From: Prorocentrum cordatum
Taxonomy: Eukaryota
Reading direction: 5' to 3'
Length of the DNA stretch: 64,000 bases
Assembly: GCA_963575745.1 (NCBI GenBank)
Contig: CAUYUJ010000225.1
Location: 1,302,001 to 1,366,000, forward strand
Part shown: positions 17,341-30,555 of the stretch, one piece after another
Layout: each line of letters starts with the position of its first letter
Numbering within the stretch: the first letter of the stretch is position 1
Notes under the pieces: generated by a model
Databases searched by the model: none
Told to the model about the DNA's origin: nothing
The model's input: the letters and a program-made list of their open reading frames with translations, nothing else
Made by a program: the position numbers and the translations under genes

Positions 17341-18034
17341 GTCTTCCGACGATTGCGATTACAGGCCGGGGAACCAGACAAGGGGGGGCGGAAGGTTGAC
17401 GGCGATTTTTTGTTTTTTCGTTCAAAGCGGGGCCTGCGCGTGAAACTCACCTGGGGCTCTCTGGGGGGACCCAGGGGGAGGCGCCGTGCGAGGCGGAGCC
17501 CGAGGCCTCTAGGGGCTGGAGGGGAACCAAAGAAGGGGAAACGGGAGGTTGAGGGCGTTTTTTTTCCAAACGAAGCTCTCGCGTGAGACTCACCTGGGGC
17601 TCTCTGGAGGGACCCAGGGGGAGGCGCCGTGCGAGGCGGGGCCCGAGGCCTCTAGGGGCTGGGGCCCTGGGGGGGACCAGAGAGGGAGGAACGGATCAGG
17701 TTTAGTTTTTTTTTGTCTTACAAAAGCTCTCGCGCGAGACCCGCCGGGGGCTCCCTGGAGGGGCCCAGGGGGAGGCGCAGGCCGCGACGAAGGTCTGCAG
17801 CCGCTCGGCCCCCGTCGTCGGGGGAGTCGCTCGGTGTCCCCCCCTCCTCCCTCCTCGTCCTCGTCCTCAGGGGAGTCATTCGGTTCTCCCCCTCCTCTTC
17901 CCTCCTCGTCCTCGTCCTCGTCCTCGTCCTCCTCCTCCTCCTCCCCCTCTTCATCGCATCCATTATGATCCATGGCTTGCAATCCGTAAAGTTTCTCACG
18001 CTCTTAAAGGCACGAAGAAAACTGGGTGGAACTG

Positions 18035-18375
18035 CTATGGGGCCACGAACCGTGTGAGGGGTGTGCCGAAATGGACGCGCGGTGGGCGAGACCCCGCATG
18101 CGAACTTTGCCACTGGGGCCGTGGGTGGAGCTCCCTATGGGGCCACGAACCGTGTGAGGGGTGTGCCGAAATGGACGCGCGGTGGGCGAGACCCCGCATG
18201 CGAACTTTGCCACTGGGGCCCTGGGTGGAGCTCCCTATGGGGCCACGAACCGTGTGAGGGGTGTGCCGAAATTGACGCGCGGTGGGCGAGACCCCGCATG
18301 CGAACTTTGCCACTGGGGCCTTGGGTGGAGCTCCCTATGGGGCCACGAACCGTGTGAGGGGTGTGCCGAAATGGG
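18035..18375. repeat. 100-bp tandem repeat, about 3.4 near-identical copies
   Basis: CTATGGGGCCACGAACCGTGTGAGGGG at 18035, 18135, 18235, 18335. Confidence 0.95.
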
Positions 18376-18484
18376 CATGCGGTGGGCGGGGGGAAGTGAT
18401 GGGAGGAGGGAGGAGGGGGAGGTGGAGAAAGAAGGAAGGAGACGCGGGGCGCGGTGTCTTTCAAAACGAGGACCCAACACAGGA

Positions 18485-19180
18485 TGGCTGGGAATAATAC
18501 AAAGATGTCGGCGGTGGCCTGGGAAGGGGGGGGGGGGGGGGGCGAACCCCAAAAAGGGGACCGATAGGCCGACCAACAAAAAACACATTTATTTTGACGT
18601 AGCTTTAAGGCGCATCGCTTGGGCCAAAAACAACAAACACCAAGGCTGGCCCGCAGCGAATAATACAAAAATGTCGGCGGTGGCCTGGGAGGGGGGGCGA
18701 GCCCAAAAAAGGGAACCGACAGGCCGACCAACAAAAAACACAAATATTTTGACGCAGCTTTAGGGCGCATCGCTTGGGCCAAAAACAACGAACACAAAGG
18801 CTGCCCCACAGCGAATAATACAAAGATGTCGGCGGTGGCCTGGGAGGGGGGGGGGGAGGCGGGCCCAGAAAAGGGAACCGACAGGCCGACCAACAAAAAA
18901 CACAAATATTTTGACGTAGCTTTAGGGCGCATCGCTCGGGCCAAAAACAACAAACACAAAGGCTGGCCCGCAGCGAATAATACAAAGATGTCAGCGGTGG
19001 CCTGGGAGGGGGAATGGGGGCGATAAACAAAAAAAGAAACGGGCAGACCAGCAAGCAAAAGCACAAATATCTTGGCGTAGCCTTGTTGCGACACGCCTAA
19101 GCCACTAACAAAAAACACAGAGGCTGGCCCACCACGAACAAATAAAAAGACCTTTGCAGTGGCGCAGAAAGCGGGGGGGA
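18485..19180. repeat. Tandem repeat of about 158 bp, about 4 copies, related to the 8.4-kb array
   Basis: Shares GCCCGCAGCGAATA..CGGCGGTGGCCTGGGAGGG. Confidence 0.9.
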
Positions 19181-19479
19181 GCAAAGAAACCAGATATCAA
19201 TGGACCGACCAGCGGAGCCGCAAACGACAATCGAAACGTGCTGGCCGAAATGAAATAACACAAGCGGGCGGACACGCAAAGATCTCACCGCCCCATTTGG
19301 GGGGGCGCGCACGGCCCTCAAAAAAAAACGCAAGCGGATGGAAACGCAAACGGGTTACAGCACCCCTTTTCAAGATTTCCCTCGCCGAAAAAAAAAAAAA
19401 AAAAAAAAACGCGGGGCAAAAAAAACAAACGCAACCGGGCCCGGCCGCCTCATATGTTTCCAGCCTCATGTGTACATGA

Positions 19480-21630
19480 GTAGCTCGCTCACTGCGTCCT
19501 TGGGGCCTGCTAGCAGGAAGTCATACTCGTGTCGGCCTGCCTCGGTCTTGTCCCCCGCCATCGTAAAGATGTATCCGTCGCGTCGCCCTGTCTAGACTCA
19601 GCTGCTCCATGGCGCCTGCGCCATGGCCCCCCCCCGTGTCTCGGGGGCCCCCCTGGCCCCCGGGAAGGCGCGCAGGGCCTCTCGCGCGCGCCCCGGTGGA
19701 ACTCCCAGTTCAGGGAGGGGGGGGGGTCCGAGAAGATGTCCTCCGTCAAGGGTGTCTGGTAGGATGCGCCACTGCAGTCGCCGAATGCGACCTGGTAGTC
19801 TTTCACCTCCACGTTGATCAACATCGCCTTCATGCGGGGTAATGGCGGGGCGATGGCCGCGAAGATCTCGCGGCCACATCTGCTGCCCGAAACCTCGCGT
19901 CGCCCACCTGCACTCGATGTTGCTGCCCGATTTGTAAGTGCCAACTCACTTGCCCGCCAAGGTCTTGGACGTCGCCCTGGCGATCGGGATTTGCTTCGAC
20001 CCCCTTGCCCTCGCCTGCGATCTTCCCCAAGCGCTCCAGCCTTGCCTCCGCGAAGTCGCGCTAGGTCGCGCGGGCCGCGTTGCCCTCCAACGTCGGCTCC
20101 TCGCGCGTCTCTTGGATCGCGCCGATCGCGGCGTCTAGCGCGGACCGTCGCGGGCCTCGATCTGACCCTTCATCTCCGTCGCGAACTCTCTCGGGGATCC
20201 TGGCTGCCAGCGGGGCCCCCGCCAGCTGCGAGGGCGCCGCCTCGGGGTCGAGGGGCTCGCCTTTCCCTGACATCTGCCGCCTGGGCTGCGCCCTCTGCCC
20301 GCCGAAGTCAACGTCGCCGTGGGGCGCCGCCGCCGTTTCTGCAGTTCCTCCATGGGCTGCTCCTCCCAGGGCTGCCCCCGCTCATGGCGGCGGCGGTGGC
20401 GCGCCCCCTCGCGGCGGCTGTCCGTCTCCCCCCGGCGGCGCCGCAGACTCCAGCTGCAGCGCCCTCGGGCCCGATCGGCCCGGGCAATGGCCCCGACAGA
20501 ATGGGCCCGCGCATGCCCCTCATCGTCGGCGGTCTTCCTCGCGTCGCGGGGGTCGGCCCCCGCGGTGTCCAAGCCGCGTTGGCGACTGGCGCTGGGCCCC
20601 GCCGTCTGCTCCGCACCTTCCGTCGCATGGCTTTTAAAGTGCAAACTCCTGTTGGGGCGCCGATCGAGCGCGCGCCCGCCCTTGCGCCCCTGTCCAGCGA
20701 GACCCAGTGCAACCGCGAGCGCCCCAGCCTGTTGATCTGCGCCCCTGGTTGTGCCTATGGCCAATGGGCCTCTGGAACTTGAGCGCGCGCGTCTTCCTCC
20801 CGCGCCGCGCATCGGCAGTCGGGCCACGCTGCGCGCCTGCGGAACCAGGTGAGGAACGGCGACGCCGACGCGAACTGATTGCGCCCAAGCTTCTGGGGCG
20901 CCGCGAGCAGCGGTGTCCTGGCCGGCCCCCGTCGCGGTTCGGATCGCTCGCTCTGTCCTGCCGCTGGCCTGGGAACTGCGCCTCTCCGACTGCATCGCGG
21001 GGATGTTCTCGCGCATCCTGTCGTTGATCACTCCGGCCCCCGCCGCCGCGATGAACGCGAACTCTGCAGTGCCACCAGCTTGCGGCCCCGCTCGCGAGGA
21101 GGCCGGGCTCTTCCAACCATGGCGCCGCCGAGACTATCGCGCAGACGTCGTCGCGGCATCTCTCGATGGGCGCCGCGCTCCGCGCGCGGCCCGTCGACGC
21201 GTCGCCGCCGACCGCAATCTCGAAGTGCACGGGGCTGCCCTCTTCTCCTGCTTGGCCGCGATCGAAGCTGGCCAGAAGGACGGCGGCGCCCCCCCCCGTC
21301 GACCCGCGCGCGCCGCGTCGCCAGCCTGCGCCCGCGCGCAGAACGCGGGGCCGACTGAAGTCCAGCTGCCCGCGCGCGCGATCGCCCGCGCGGTTGCTCG
21401 TGAGAACGCACATGGAAGATGCCGAGCTGCTCGAGCTCTTCTGAGGGGCCGCCGGGCACGCGATTGCCACGATCCGCCCTGGCCGCTGAGCCCGTTGACG
21501 TTGCACCCCAGCTTGGCTCATCAAAGGCCCGAGTGTCGATGGCGAGCTGCCTGGTGGGGTTCTAAGGACCGCCCACGAGTCCGCGTTCGCGACCTCCTTG
21601 ACAGCCGCCGTTCCGCCATCCACAGGCGTG
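19480..21630 (-). pseudogene. Highly decayed coding-like remnant, possibly LINE-derived
   Basis: GC3-biased broken frames; ANADSW and PA....S...VL resemble an APE N-terminus; decayed VRVG.A..HPGP-like segment at 20840-20875. Confidence 0.3.
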
Positions 21631-21749
21631 GCGCCGTCGCTGTCCAGCTACTCCTGACGTGCCTCGGGGTGATTGAGACATCGCCGCGTATCTGCCTGGT
21701 GCCTGGCTCGCGCCTCAACCCTTGTCCCCTTTCTTTCCTGAATCGCCGC

Positions 21750-22300
21750 CGTTGTCCGATGCCTTCCTCCTCTGCCACCGTACTTGTCTCCGCCCTCACC
21801 GTTGAACTTTCCATGCTGGGTTGGTCTGGTCAGCGCGTCAATCCTCATGGCGCAAGGGTCTCTGGATCGCGGTGTTGGTGGTGGCGGTGCTAGCTGGCAT
21901 CCGTCGTCGTAGACAGTCGCCGCGTGTAAATGCTGGGCCGTTGTGGCGACAAGCTCGTCGCGCGTCCGCTCGCTCTGCATGCGTAAGACCGCCCTGGTTT
22001 TCATGGGCGCCGTCTGAGCAAAGACATGTTGTATGGCTTTCACACCTGCGCTGGGGACTTCTAGTGAGGCTGCGTCTTACCTCCGTATGTCTCTCTCCCA
22101 GTCCACGCGGTGCTGCTCGGACTCTACAAGCGTTTGTGGGGGGCTGTTTCACATTCGAGATGCGGATCATGATGTTTTGCGCTCTCAACGCCGTCGCAGG
22201 TTCGAACTGCTTTGCTAAGTTGTTCCAACGCCTGTGCACCAATATGAACCTCCACGTTTCGAACGATCATCTGGGGTCTTCTTACTACTGTCACCACTAC
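21750..22300 (-). mobile_element. Decayed copia-type gag remnant
   Basis: IVRNVE.., WNNLAKQFEPATALR, AP...R..L....T.DEL, DPCAMRIDAL followed by a G/K-rich stretch; several frameshifts. Confidence 0.5.
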
Positions 22301-24174
22301 GGCGAAGGGCATCTGCCTGCTGGCGTTCGTTCCTTGTGCTCCCATGTCGTCTCGAACTCGGTCGGCTGCTGTCTTTTGTTTTCACTGTGTTGCATCGCTC
22401 TGATTCAGCGGCACCAGGTAAGACCAGAACGCAACTTGCGATTTAAACTACCCGCGCTGGGCTTATGTTCCGTTTGTTTTTTCTGCTGCACGTTGGCTTT
22501 AAAACGCCTTCATGTTGTCACCACCAATCTGCATGGCCGTGACTGGCTATTTCATCATGGCGCGTTCGGTAAAGTTCGTTCGCAATATTCACATCCACCT
22601 GCCGGCCGCGCCTGAGGTCCCTCTGCGCCGCTGACTTAAGATGTGCCAGGTCTGGCCACCGAGGTAGGCTCTCATCACGAAGCTTCATTCCTGCCCATAC
22701 TCTTCTAAGCCGTCGAATACTGATGACTTGAAGCCTGTACCTTTTTTTCCCGCTCCAACTCCATCATATCCCATCCGTTTGTGATCACGCAGATCTCTCC
22801 TTTGTGGGTGTTCGCGTCTAGGTCTAGGCTGACCTCGTCTGGATTGCTGTCGAACCCGTCGTTGTGTAGATCGACCTCGTCTGAGTCCTCGCTGTTCCTG
22901 TGGGTGCCCATGAACCTCTGGACTCTGCTTCTTCTCGCGGTTTTGCCTGACCACCTCTGGCCCGATTTGGTCGGGCCAAATCGCCGTGGATCGCCATGCG
23001 CTGTCGGCCGCTGGGCACGAGCGGGGTTGGTCAACGCCTGCTGTGGCGCTACTGGGACCTGGCCGTAGCCAGCTCCGGTACTGTAGCAGCTTTTGTACCA
23101 AAGAGGCTGCGGATGCGTGTCTCAAAGGTCCCCTCACCCTCCTACATCTTTTCTAAGCTCACCATAATTCTACACCCTTTCCCGAACAAATTGTCAAGAC
23201 GCAGCAATCACGTTGATTCGAGGTGTTGAAATCCCCCGATCCCTGGAATTATGTTGTGGCGATTGAGGATTCCCCGGCGGTTGTCTTTCACTGGGGTAAT
23301 CCCCGCAATAAGAATACCTCTTTGTAGGGACCTATGAAAACAGGAAGCTTGGATGACGGGTGTGCGGTATCGTTGACGCGCCTTGGGTTTACAATGGTCC
23401 TCCTCCTCCTCCTCCTCCTCCTCCTCGTCCTCGTCCTGCCTCCTAATTCCGCGGCGCCACCAGTGCGGCGCCACCAGGGGCCCCTGCCGAGGTCTCACCG
23501 ACCTGCTGGCGGGTGTGAGGAGGAGGCGGAGGTCGACGCCGTGGCGACCGACGAGGCGGTGCTTGGCCAGGTCGCGTCGCTCCTCGCGGCCTACCGCCGC
23601 GGCTGCGCCGCTGCGGGGCTGAGCGGTGCCGCGGGCGCGCGTACGTCCGACACAAGGGGGCCCCCGTGGGGTCAAGCCTGGTCGGGCTGCTGGATTCGTC
23701 TCGGATCCTGGCGGCGTGAGGCCCCTGGTGATCTCCGCGGGGCCCGTTCCTGGGGTGCCACCAGGCCCGAAGGCTTGGGGGTGAGTGCGGGTGTCCATCA
23801 CCCCGCGTTGTGGGTGCTAAATGCTTGCACTCACGCGACGTCAAGTCTCCTCGTCAACGGGGCCGTGCCTGTGCATGGCAGCGAGGCGAGACGGCGTGAC
23901 CGTTCGCCTTCAGGCCGTGCGCGTCCTGCCTCCTAATTCCGCCTCATCCTCCTCCTCGTCCTCCTCCTCGTCGTCCTCCTCCTCGTCCTCCTCCTCCTCC
24001 TCGTCATCCTCCTCCTCCTCCTCCCCCTCCCCCTCCCTCCGAACCCCGCCTTCTCATCCCGCCTCCTGCGCTCCTCCCTCCCCTTCCCTCCCCCTTCCCC
24101 TTCCCCCTCCCCCTCCTCCTCCTCCTCCTCCTCCTCCTCCTCCTCCTCCTCCTCCTCCTCCTCCTCCTCCTCCT

Positions 24175-24860
24175 CCATTCCTTTTCCTGACAAATAACTT
24201 CTCCCTGTCGCACCCCCAGGCTGGTCGAAACGGCGGGCCGGGCGTTTCGCCTGAGAAGTCCTTACCATTTCTGGCCCTGAAGCTTAAACCTTGGCAACAG
24301 CTTCACAGATGGAGGGCGGGTCGTTTTCAAAATGTGGTTCTCGCCATCGCGCCGCGCACATTCATTTGAAACGTTTGCAAGCGCTTCGCAGATGGAGGGC
24401 GGGCCGTTTTCAAAATGTGGCTCTCGCCTTAGCGCCTCGTGCATTCGTCTGAAAGAACGCAAGAGCTTCACGGATTGAGGGCGGGCCGCTTTCAAAATAT
24501 GGCTCTCGCCTTAGCGCCGCGCACATTCGTTTGAAACAAATTGCAAGCGTTTCACAAATGGAGGGCGGGCCATTTTCAACATGTGGCTCTCGCATTCGCG
24601 CCGCGTGCATTCGTTGCAAGAGCTTCACGGATTGAGGGCGGGTCGTTTTCAAAACGTGGCTCTCGCCTCCGCGACGCGCACATTCTCTGTACAAGTGCAA
24701 GAACTTCACGGATTGGGGGCGGGTCGTTTTCAAACTGTGGCTCTGGCATTCGCGCCGCGCACATTCTTTGTACAAGTGCCAGAGTTTCACGGATTGGGGG
24801 CGGGTCGTTTTCAACATGTGGCTCTCGCCTTAGCGCCGCGCGCGTTACTTTTCACACACA
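24175..24860. repeat. Dispersed element with internal tandem units of about 58-80 bp; relatives at about 6470-6900 (+) and 51850-52135 (-)
   Basis: GGGCGGG.CGTTTTCAAAA.GTGG.TCTCGCC repeats; shared unique head next to (TCC)n. Confidence 0.75.
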
Positions 24861-26917
24861 GCAAGAGTTGCATGGTCAACGTACCAGGAATAGCGTTCTG
24901 AAAAAAACAAGATTATGAGGGTGCAGCAGTTACTTTGATTGGCGGTGTTGAAATCACAAGAATGGCGTCCTGGCACGATTCAGGATCGTCAAGACGCAAC
25001 AGTCATGGTGATCCGTGGCGCTGGAGTCCCGAGACAAATGTTTGGCATGCTTTAGGGTCCTAAAACAGTTGTCTGGGAACGAGGATGTTCCCTCAATGGA
25101 ATTGGACCCTTGTAGCGGCCTATGAAGAGGGAGCTTGGAGGGAGGGTGTATGCCAACATCGTTGATGACTCTTGGGTCTACACTGGTTCTCCTCTTCCTC
25201 TTCCTCCTCCTCTTCCTCCCTCCTCCTCCTCCTCCTCCTCCTCCTCCTCGTAATCGTCTCACCCTGGGGAGGCCTGGCGCCTAGCCTCCAGGGACCACTG
25301 TCGCTATCTCCACGCCTACCTTCAGCGCCTCCACCTTTAAATCTGACTTCCTCCATTCTGCACGTTCCACTTCTACTGCTTCATGTTGGAGGTTGGGGAC
25401 CTACTTGGACAGCTCCAGGGCGCTCCGAGGCATAAGAGCCTCAAGCCACCAGCGCCTCAACACATAACCATAATATAATTAACTTCCCCTCTGCCCGGCA
25501 GCAAAAACAATGGAAGGCGTTGCGCACGGGAAGAATTGCACCGGGAGGATGCGGTTCTAAAACGCTCGCCAACACTGCTGCGCTGAACATGAGAGGGGGA
25601 GGTTAACGCCAAATGCTTATCAGAGATGAGTTGTGAAACTTGCTTCCCTCGACAAGAACGGGCCTTGAATGGCCCTTGACAGCCTCTAAACAAAGTAAAA
25701 CACTCACAACACGGACTGGCAATGTCCCGAGACGACTTCGACAAACCGAGAAAAAACACCTTTCTCCAATGCCAACCATCATAAGCCCCAGTAGGCCACC
25801 CCACCACACGTTTCCACACGATCGACGTACGCCACGCCGCCAACAGCGTGCTAGAACCTCAACTCGCCATTGCTCGGACGTCCATTCATTCCCCGTGCAT
25901 GCTTCGAGTTCGTGAGCGCTTTAATTGCTAAACGATCCAGGATGCTGCTCGATGGTTCTTGTCAATGAAACATGCACACGTCCGAGCGACTCCCAAGTCA
26001 AGTAAGAAGTGCAACGTAGATCTATACTACTGGACCGCGCGCGAGTGATGGCCTCTCGGGGTCCGCGGAAGAAACGTGCCCTGGCAAGGTCCCGTCAAGG
26101 ACGCCGTAGCTCCCGAGCGCGGCCCTCAGGACCTCCACTACAGCCAGAGGAGCGCCCCAAGGAAGCCGCAAGAAATTTCGAGACGGCCCAAGAGAGCCCA
26201 GCCAGGCCTTTACGTTCCTGCTGCTTCGGGCTTCCAACAGCCCAAGACAGCCCAAGGCGGCCCAAGTGGAGCCAGCAACAGCTCCACGACCTCTGGTAGC
26301 TCACTCCTCCTCCTCCTCGTCCTCCTCCTCCTCCTCCTCCTCCTCCTCCTCGTCCTCCTCCTCCTCTTCTCGTCTCTTTTCCTCCTGCCCCTCCCGACGA
26401 AAGCCACACCGACCCCAGCGCGCGAACGGCCAATCGGGACAGGCAGAGAACAGGTCCTCAGAGCACAAGCGTGGCCCTCCAGGAGCGAACGCTGCTTGGG
26501 GATCTGGCGACAGGCAACAGGACCGACGTCGGCGCAAAGCTAGGACATCACCTGAAAGGATCTCTGGAGTCCCGAAACGGTGCTGTGACAGACCGTGCGG
26601 TGACCTCGAAATCCCCCAAGACCTCACCGCACGGTCCGTCAACGCACGGTTTTGGGACCTCGGATGCCCCAGTCGCCCGAGACGTCCTCGGAGAACGACC
26701 CGAGTCCCAAAACCGTGCGGTGGCCCCGAATCCCCACCGACTCACCACACGGTGTGGTCACCACCCCATTTGGGGGCCCCGAAAGGATCGGCGGAATGGT
26801 GAGGGCTCCCGGGACAAACCTGCAGCACCGCTGCATGAGGCCCGCAGTTCAGGAAAGTCGTCCACATACCATGGCATTGCCGTGCTGTCCTCTCGCATGG
26901 CGGCGGGTCTGCACCGC

Positions 26918-26994
26918 CTGCTGCCCATAGTGAATATGCGGCCCGTGACGTACAGCATGCACGAGAAGACATTGCCAAACGCAGCCTCGTTTGC
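26918..26994 (-). CDS. Channel exon, pore helix and filter: ANEAAFGNVFSCMLYVTGRIFTMGS(S)
   Basis: Ungapped alignment to Kv F.SIP...WW.VVTMTTVG; CAG|G acceptor, AG|GC donor; 77 nt. Confidence 0.82.
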
Positions 26995-28879
26995 CTGAGG
27001 AGGGCGAGAATCGGGAGAAGAGCGGGGAGGGCGAGGAGGAAGAGGATGAACAGCAGCACGAGGATGTGCAGGAGAAAGAAGAGAAGCAGGAGGGAGGACC
27101 GAGGTTGGGATGGGTAAGATGGAGGAAGAAGGAGAGAGGAAGGCGAAGGAGGGAGATGTCTGGAAGAGGGAAGATGAGCACGGAGGACGGGGGGTAGAAA
27201 GGGAAGATAATGACGAGTTGCACATTTGTCGCGATGTATGTGCGACATGGTCTGCATATGAATCCCACCAGCCCTCTGGGCGCATAGGTATAATTGTTAG
27301 TTACTGTCTTCCCTATTCCGAACACCTTCTTCCCCCACTTGGGAAGTGTTTTAAATTTCACATCACCGCTCATGACTATGTACTCCTCCCACTCTACCAG
27401 CCTCTAACCAGTGCCAATGCCAACCCCCCTCCATCTACTGTCAAAAAAACTCATCAACGTGCACTTTGCGGCGCAACCCAGATCATGTTCGGGCACCCGC
27501 GACCACTTTACACTCTTGCTTGACGGGGACGAGGGGGGTGTTAGCATATTGCCGCACGTGTGCAGGCCCACCATCCATGTCGAAAACCAATGCCAAGTGC
27601 ACGTTGCTCGCTTGGACTTGCTCCTCGCGTCCCCTCCTCCTCCTCCTCCTCCTCCTCCTCCTCCTCCTCCTCCTCCTCCTCCTCCTCCTCCCTCCTCTTC
27701 CTCCTCCTCCTGATCCTCCTCCTCCTCAATGTTATTTGGCATTATGATGGGGAGTGCTCTGGCACGTGCGGCACACCTACAGCGGGTGTCGCGCACCTGG
27801 CTGGCGTCTGCACTGGTTCCCAAGTGTGGTTGATGGCGCCCCCTGCCTGTGCTGAGACTCGGGTGCCAATGCGGACAAGCGGGTTCCCCTACTCGCAAAG
27901 TAGCTACTCGCAAATGTCCTGGATCCGCCGCAGGAGATTTACGACATAGTACGCAAGAGCAGACGTATGGTTTTCGAACGTTTGCGAGTAGGCACTATGC
28001 GAGTATGTAGTGCGCGCTCGGCGATAATGATGTGTTGGGAAGGCGGGTGGGAGTGAGAAAGAGGGCTTGCGGCATGTAGGTAGCTTGACCCCTGCCCCTA
28101 CCCCCTCCCCTGGGACTGGACAGGGGTGGCCGTGCGGGGTTGGAGGTAAAGTGTGCCCCAGGCTGGCTCCCAGATGGCCTCCCACAGCTCAAGAGGACAT
28201 CCAAGGAGGCTCAACCTAACGCAAGATGGCTTAAGTTAGCCTCCAGCATGCGCCGAAGAGGATCCAAGACGGTCACTAGACGGCTCCAAATGCTCCCGGA
28301 GCCCCTCAAGAACCCCCGAAGAGGCCGAATCGCCCCCAAATCTAACGGAAATCCATGATTGGTGCATCCTTGCCTTTTCGCCTCCGATGGGCTTCTTAAG
28401 CTTTACGATGACCCCGGAGGGTCCCCCAAGAGGCAAGCTCCCAAGAGCGCTTCAAGAGCCCCCCTGATCGCCCCAAAACCCAAGGAAGGCCCTCAGACCG
28501 CCCCAAGAGTGCCCCACGACCCCCCAAACAGCCCCAAGAGGGCCCCAAGACTACCCGAAGAGGGCCCCAAGATAGCTCCAAGAGACCTCCAAGAGGCTCT
28601 CACAAGAAAAATCTGAGGGAGCGATGCCCAGCGAACAACTGCTCTGCCGCCGCGGATGGGGGGGGCCAGGATCTCCCTCCCCTCTGCACACGAGGGGGGG
28701 GGGGCGAAAGGGGCAGCCCCCTCCGGCGCTCGAGACTCTCTCCTGCCCGCGCGCTGGCCCCCCCCCTCCCACCCCCTCCTTCCAGCAGTCGAGACCCCCT
28801 CCTTCCCGCGCGCAGAACTCCCCTCCCCCCTCCCCCCTTGTGGCACTCGAGACTCTCTCCTGGTCGCGCGCGGGGGGGC

Positions 28880-30555
28880 CAACAAATATCATTCCCTTAC
28901 ACTTCCCAAAAAGCTACGCAATGAGACGGACAAAAATACCATTCCTTTCGACTCCGGCGGTGCGGGGTAAAATGCCATTCTACTCGACTCGTCACGCGAC
29001 AACGCCAGGAGGGGCAAACAAATATCATTCCATTACACTCGCCACGTGCCACGTAGCAGGCCTGAGAAAAACACAAATTCCGCTCGACTCGGGCGGGGCT
29101 GGCAAAATTCCATTCCACTCGACTTGTCACGCGGCAACGCCTGGGGGGGGGGGGGGGGCGACATCCATGTTATTCCAGTGTACTCGCTAAGCGGCAACGC
29201 AGTAGGGCGTCAAATGCCTCTTCTATTGTACTCGTCACGTAGCAACGCCTGGATAATGGAAAAATCAGGTCTGGCCCCTCTTATCGGCACGTTGCAACGC
29301 CCTGGGGGTGGAATAATACAACTCTATCATTCTATCATGCTCGTCACGTGGCAACGCAGCGCGGCGGAAAACATACAATTCTACTAGAATCGCGAGTGGC
29401 AACGCGGCGGGCCAGCGAACATACCAATCCACTCTACTCGGCACGCGACAACGTCTGGGGGGAGGAACAAGTAGTATGCCATGACACTCGCCCAGCACCC
29501 ACGCAACAGCCCCAGAAAATTACCGGTCCATTCGACTCGGACGAAGCGGAAACTACCATTCTACACAACTCTTCATGCAGCAACGCCTGTGGGCGAAACA
29601 CATATTATTTTTTAAACTCGCCAAGTGGCAACGCAGCAGGAATGATAATGAAAAAACACCCCGTGCCACTCTACGCGGCACGTGGCAACGCCCTGGGGAT
29701 CAAACACTACTATTCTATCATACTCGCCGCGTGGCTACGCAGCGGGCCGGAAAACAGACCATTCCACTCTACTCGTCACGCGGCAACGCCAAGCGGGCGA
29801 AACCAATAGTATTCCATTGCAATCGCCACGTGGCCACGCAGCGTGGCGAAAAAACAACCTACTCGACTTGATTCGTCACGTCGCCATGCTTGGGGAGCGA
29901 AAGAAAGACCATGCCACTCTACTCGGCACGTGGCAACGCCCAAGGGGCGAAACATACGGATTCTATTCTGGGCGCCGCGTGGCATCGCATCGCGGCGGAA
30001 TGCATACACTTCTACCAAGCTCACCAACGCAGCGGGCCAGAAAACATACCGTTCCGCTCTACTCGTCACGCCGCAGAGCGTTGGGGAGTAAACATTTATC
30101 ATTCCATTACACTAGCCTAGCTGCCACGCAGCAGGCTGGAACGAATCCCATCCCATTCGACTCAGGCGGGTCGGCAAAAATACCATTCCACTCGACTCGT
30201 CACGCGACAATGCCAGGGGGGGCAAACAAATATCATTCCATCACACTCGCCACGTGCCACGCAGCAGGCCAGAGGAACAAAAATAGCGTTCCACTCGACA
30301 CGGGCGGATAGGACAAAAAGTCCATCCCACTCAACTCGTCACGCGGCAACTTCTGGGGGGGGGGGGGGTGCGACATCAATGTTACTCCAGCGTGCTCGCC
30401 AAAGGGCAACGCAGCAGGGCATCAAAAACGCCTCTTCTACTGTACTCGTCACGTCGCCATACGTCGCCACGCCTGAAGAACGGGCAAATAGTACACCATG
30501 CCTCTCTACTCGGCACGTTGCAACGCCCAGGGGGCAGTATTCTCGAATACAGTAT
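28880..30555. repeat. Degenerate satellite of about 55-60 bp (ATTCCACT.TACTCGTCACG.GGCAACGC)
   Basis: Many diverged tandem copies. Confidence 0.85.

Noticed and set aside
18035..18375. 100-bp repeat as a CRISPR or RNA gene array
   Set aside because: Whole unit is repeated with no spacers; no tRNA, 5S or SL-RNA features recognised
23040..23080. Minus-strand GYGQVP that could restore a K+ filter
   Set aside because: No AG acceptor in the required position or phase
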